A stretch of 63,317 bases of DNA, counting the filler, from Hyphochytrium catenoides (lineage: Eukaryota > Protista > Hyphochytriomycota), in the NCBI GenBank assembly GCA_900088475.1. It is 8 parts of 8 records of this genome, joined end to end, with 100 filler letters (N's around TTAATTAATTAA, not from the genome) between each part and the next. Parts side by side here need not be neighbours in the genome. Positions count along the whole stretch, not along the records: positions 61,643 to 63,317 come from FLMG01002161.1; 7 more parts are not named here. One strand, given 5' to 3'. Under the pieces are notes generated by a model. That model had not been told where the DNA came from. It saw only the letters and a list, made by a program, of their open reading frames with translations, and did not search any database. Position 1 is the first letter of the stretch, and the number at the start of each line of letters is the position of its first letter. A program made the translations under genes and the position numbers. Of the stretch, positions 62,196 to 63,317 are shown one piece after another.

Positions 62196-63317
62196 TGAAA
62201 GTGTTATCTTGTCATTATTGCCCACATCCTGACCTCCTCATCTCCTCTAAAAGTTCCATAAATAACGATGAGCAGCAGTGAAAACCTGATGACTCTTGCA
62301 GTCAAGAGACAGACACACCTCAGATCTTTTCCTTTCGAGAACTAAGAAACTTTTGCTCTCTTTCGTCTTGTCGTCGACTGCAGAGAAAGAGAAACAGAGA
62401 GAGAAAAAAAGGGTGAGAGAAAGAAATAGAGAGAGAGGAAAGAGAGAGAGAATGAGAGAAAGAAATGTATGTATATATATATAGAGAGAGAGAGAGAGAA
62501 ATGAGAGAGAGAGAGTGAGATAGAGGGAAAAGAACTCTACCTATCTTTCACTCATGATAGAGACAGAATAGAGCCTTAAGAGAGAATGTGGCTCCAGCCA
62601 TCAACTCATTATTATGACGCCATACATTTAGGCTCTCTTCTTGTTGCTGCTTATGCAGCTACATCCTCCGCCTCCTGAAACTAGTTCTAACACTTCGGAA
62701 GTTCATGAAGAAGCTTCATCTTCTTCTCATCATGATGATGATAATATTGTCGGATAATCAAACGCCCTTATGTTATTGGACACAAAGATAAACATGACCT
62801 TTGGTCTGACTACTGTTGACAATATTCTTGCATTTCCTTTCTTCTTGATGGTGGCCGCAGGAAGTGGGAGAGAGAGAACGAGAACAAAGAGGAAATAAGA
62901 GAGAGAGAGAGAGAGAGAGAAGGAGAGAGAAAGAGGAGAAGAACACTGCCATCTTTTGCAAAAAGAGTCAGAATCCGAAGAAGAAAGAAAGGGCGACCTA
63001 TCACCTGTCACCCCATGTCTTTTTCCTCTGCTCTCTCTTCCTACTAACGAACAACAAGGCTTCAACACGCCCAAGATGACAGAGCGAGAGAGAGTTTTAT
63101 CTGCCGAAAAGAACAGTGCAGGTGATAGTTTATGGAGAGCTGTCCTGACGCAAGAGCAATGAGAAACTGCACAAGGAGAGAGAGAGAGAGAGAGACTGCT
63201 TTGTTTTGGAGCAGGAGGGAAGGCATCGTTCTCTCATCCCGTGCCGCTCTCTCTCCTCATTGGCTAGTGCTTTCTCTTCTCCATTGGGTCCCTCTCTCTT
63301 ACTCATTCCCAATCTTC

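Noticed and set aside
62296-63312. ER/SL-rich short ORFs
   Set aside because: Translations of GA/CT microsatellites.
1-63317. Alternative genetic code or stop-codon readthrough
   Set aside because: TAA, TAG and TGA each end conserved genes at the expected positions. Internal stops fall in introns or decayed TEs.

Overview
Eukaryotic, intron-rich genomic sequence read with the standard genetic code (TAA, TAG and TGA all end recognisable genes). It comes from a flagellated protist. An RSP3 gene, WRKY19-like repeats and an oomycete-like PLAC8 suggest a stramenopile, but that is inference. The window is about 8 contigs joined by 100-nt N44-TTAATTAATTAA-N44 linkers, so adjacency across gaps is not guaranteed. 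Recognisable genes: class II DAHP synthase, an integrase-zinc-finger/PPC(DUF296) fusion, VMA12/TMEM199, RSP3, a Nup50/RanBP3-like protein, a ~17.5 kb multidomain calpain, an N-acylated EF-hand protein, a WRKY19-like zinc-finger protein, a 4-TM protein, Tctex1, SERINC, a USP47-like protease, eIF2A and PLAC8. Decayed mobile DNA includes MULE remnants, a Gypsy/Ginger-like integrase and a Copia pol carrying a nested solo LTR. The most notable signals are: two eroded Fanzor/TnpB-like nuclease remnants, one followed by a structured candidate omegaRNA; the domesticated integrase-ZnF + PPC fusion gene; a possible RIP-like CpA>TpA mutation signature in repeats; and telomeric repeats replacing a deleted segment in one copy of a duplication. 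Exon boundaries and motifs were derived by hand and are approximate.
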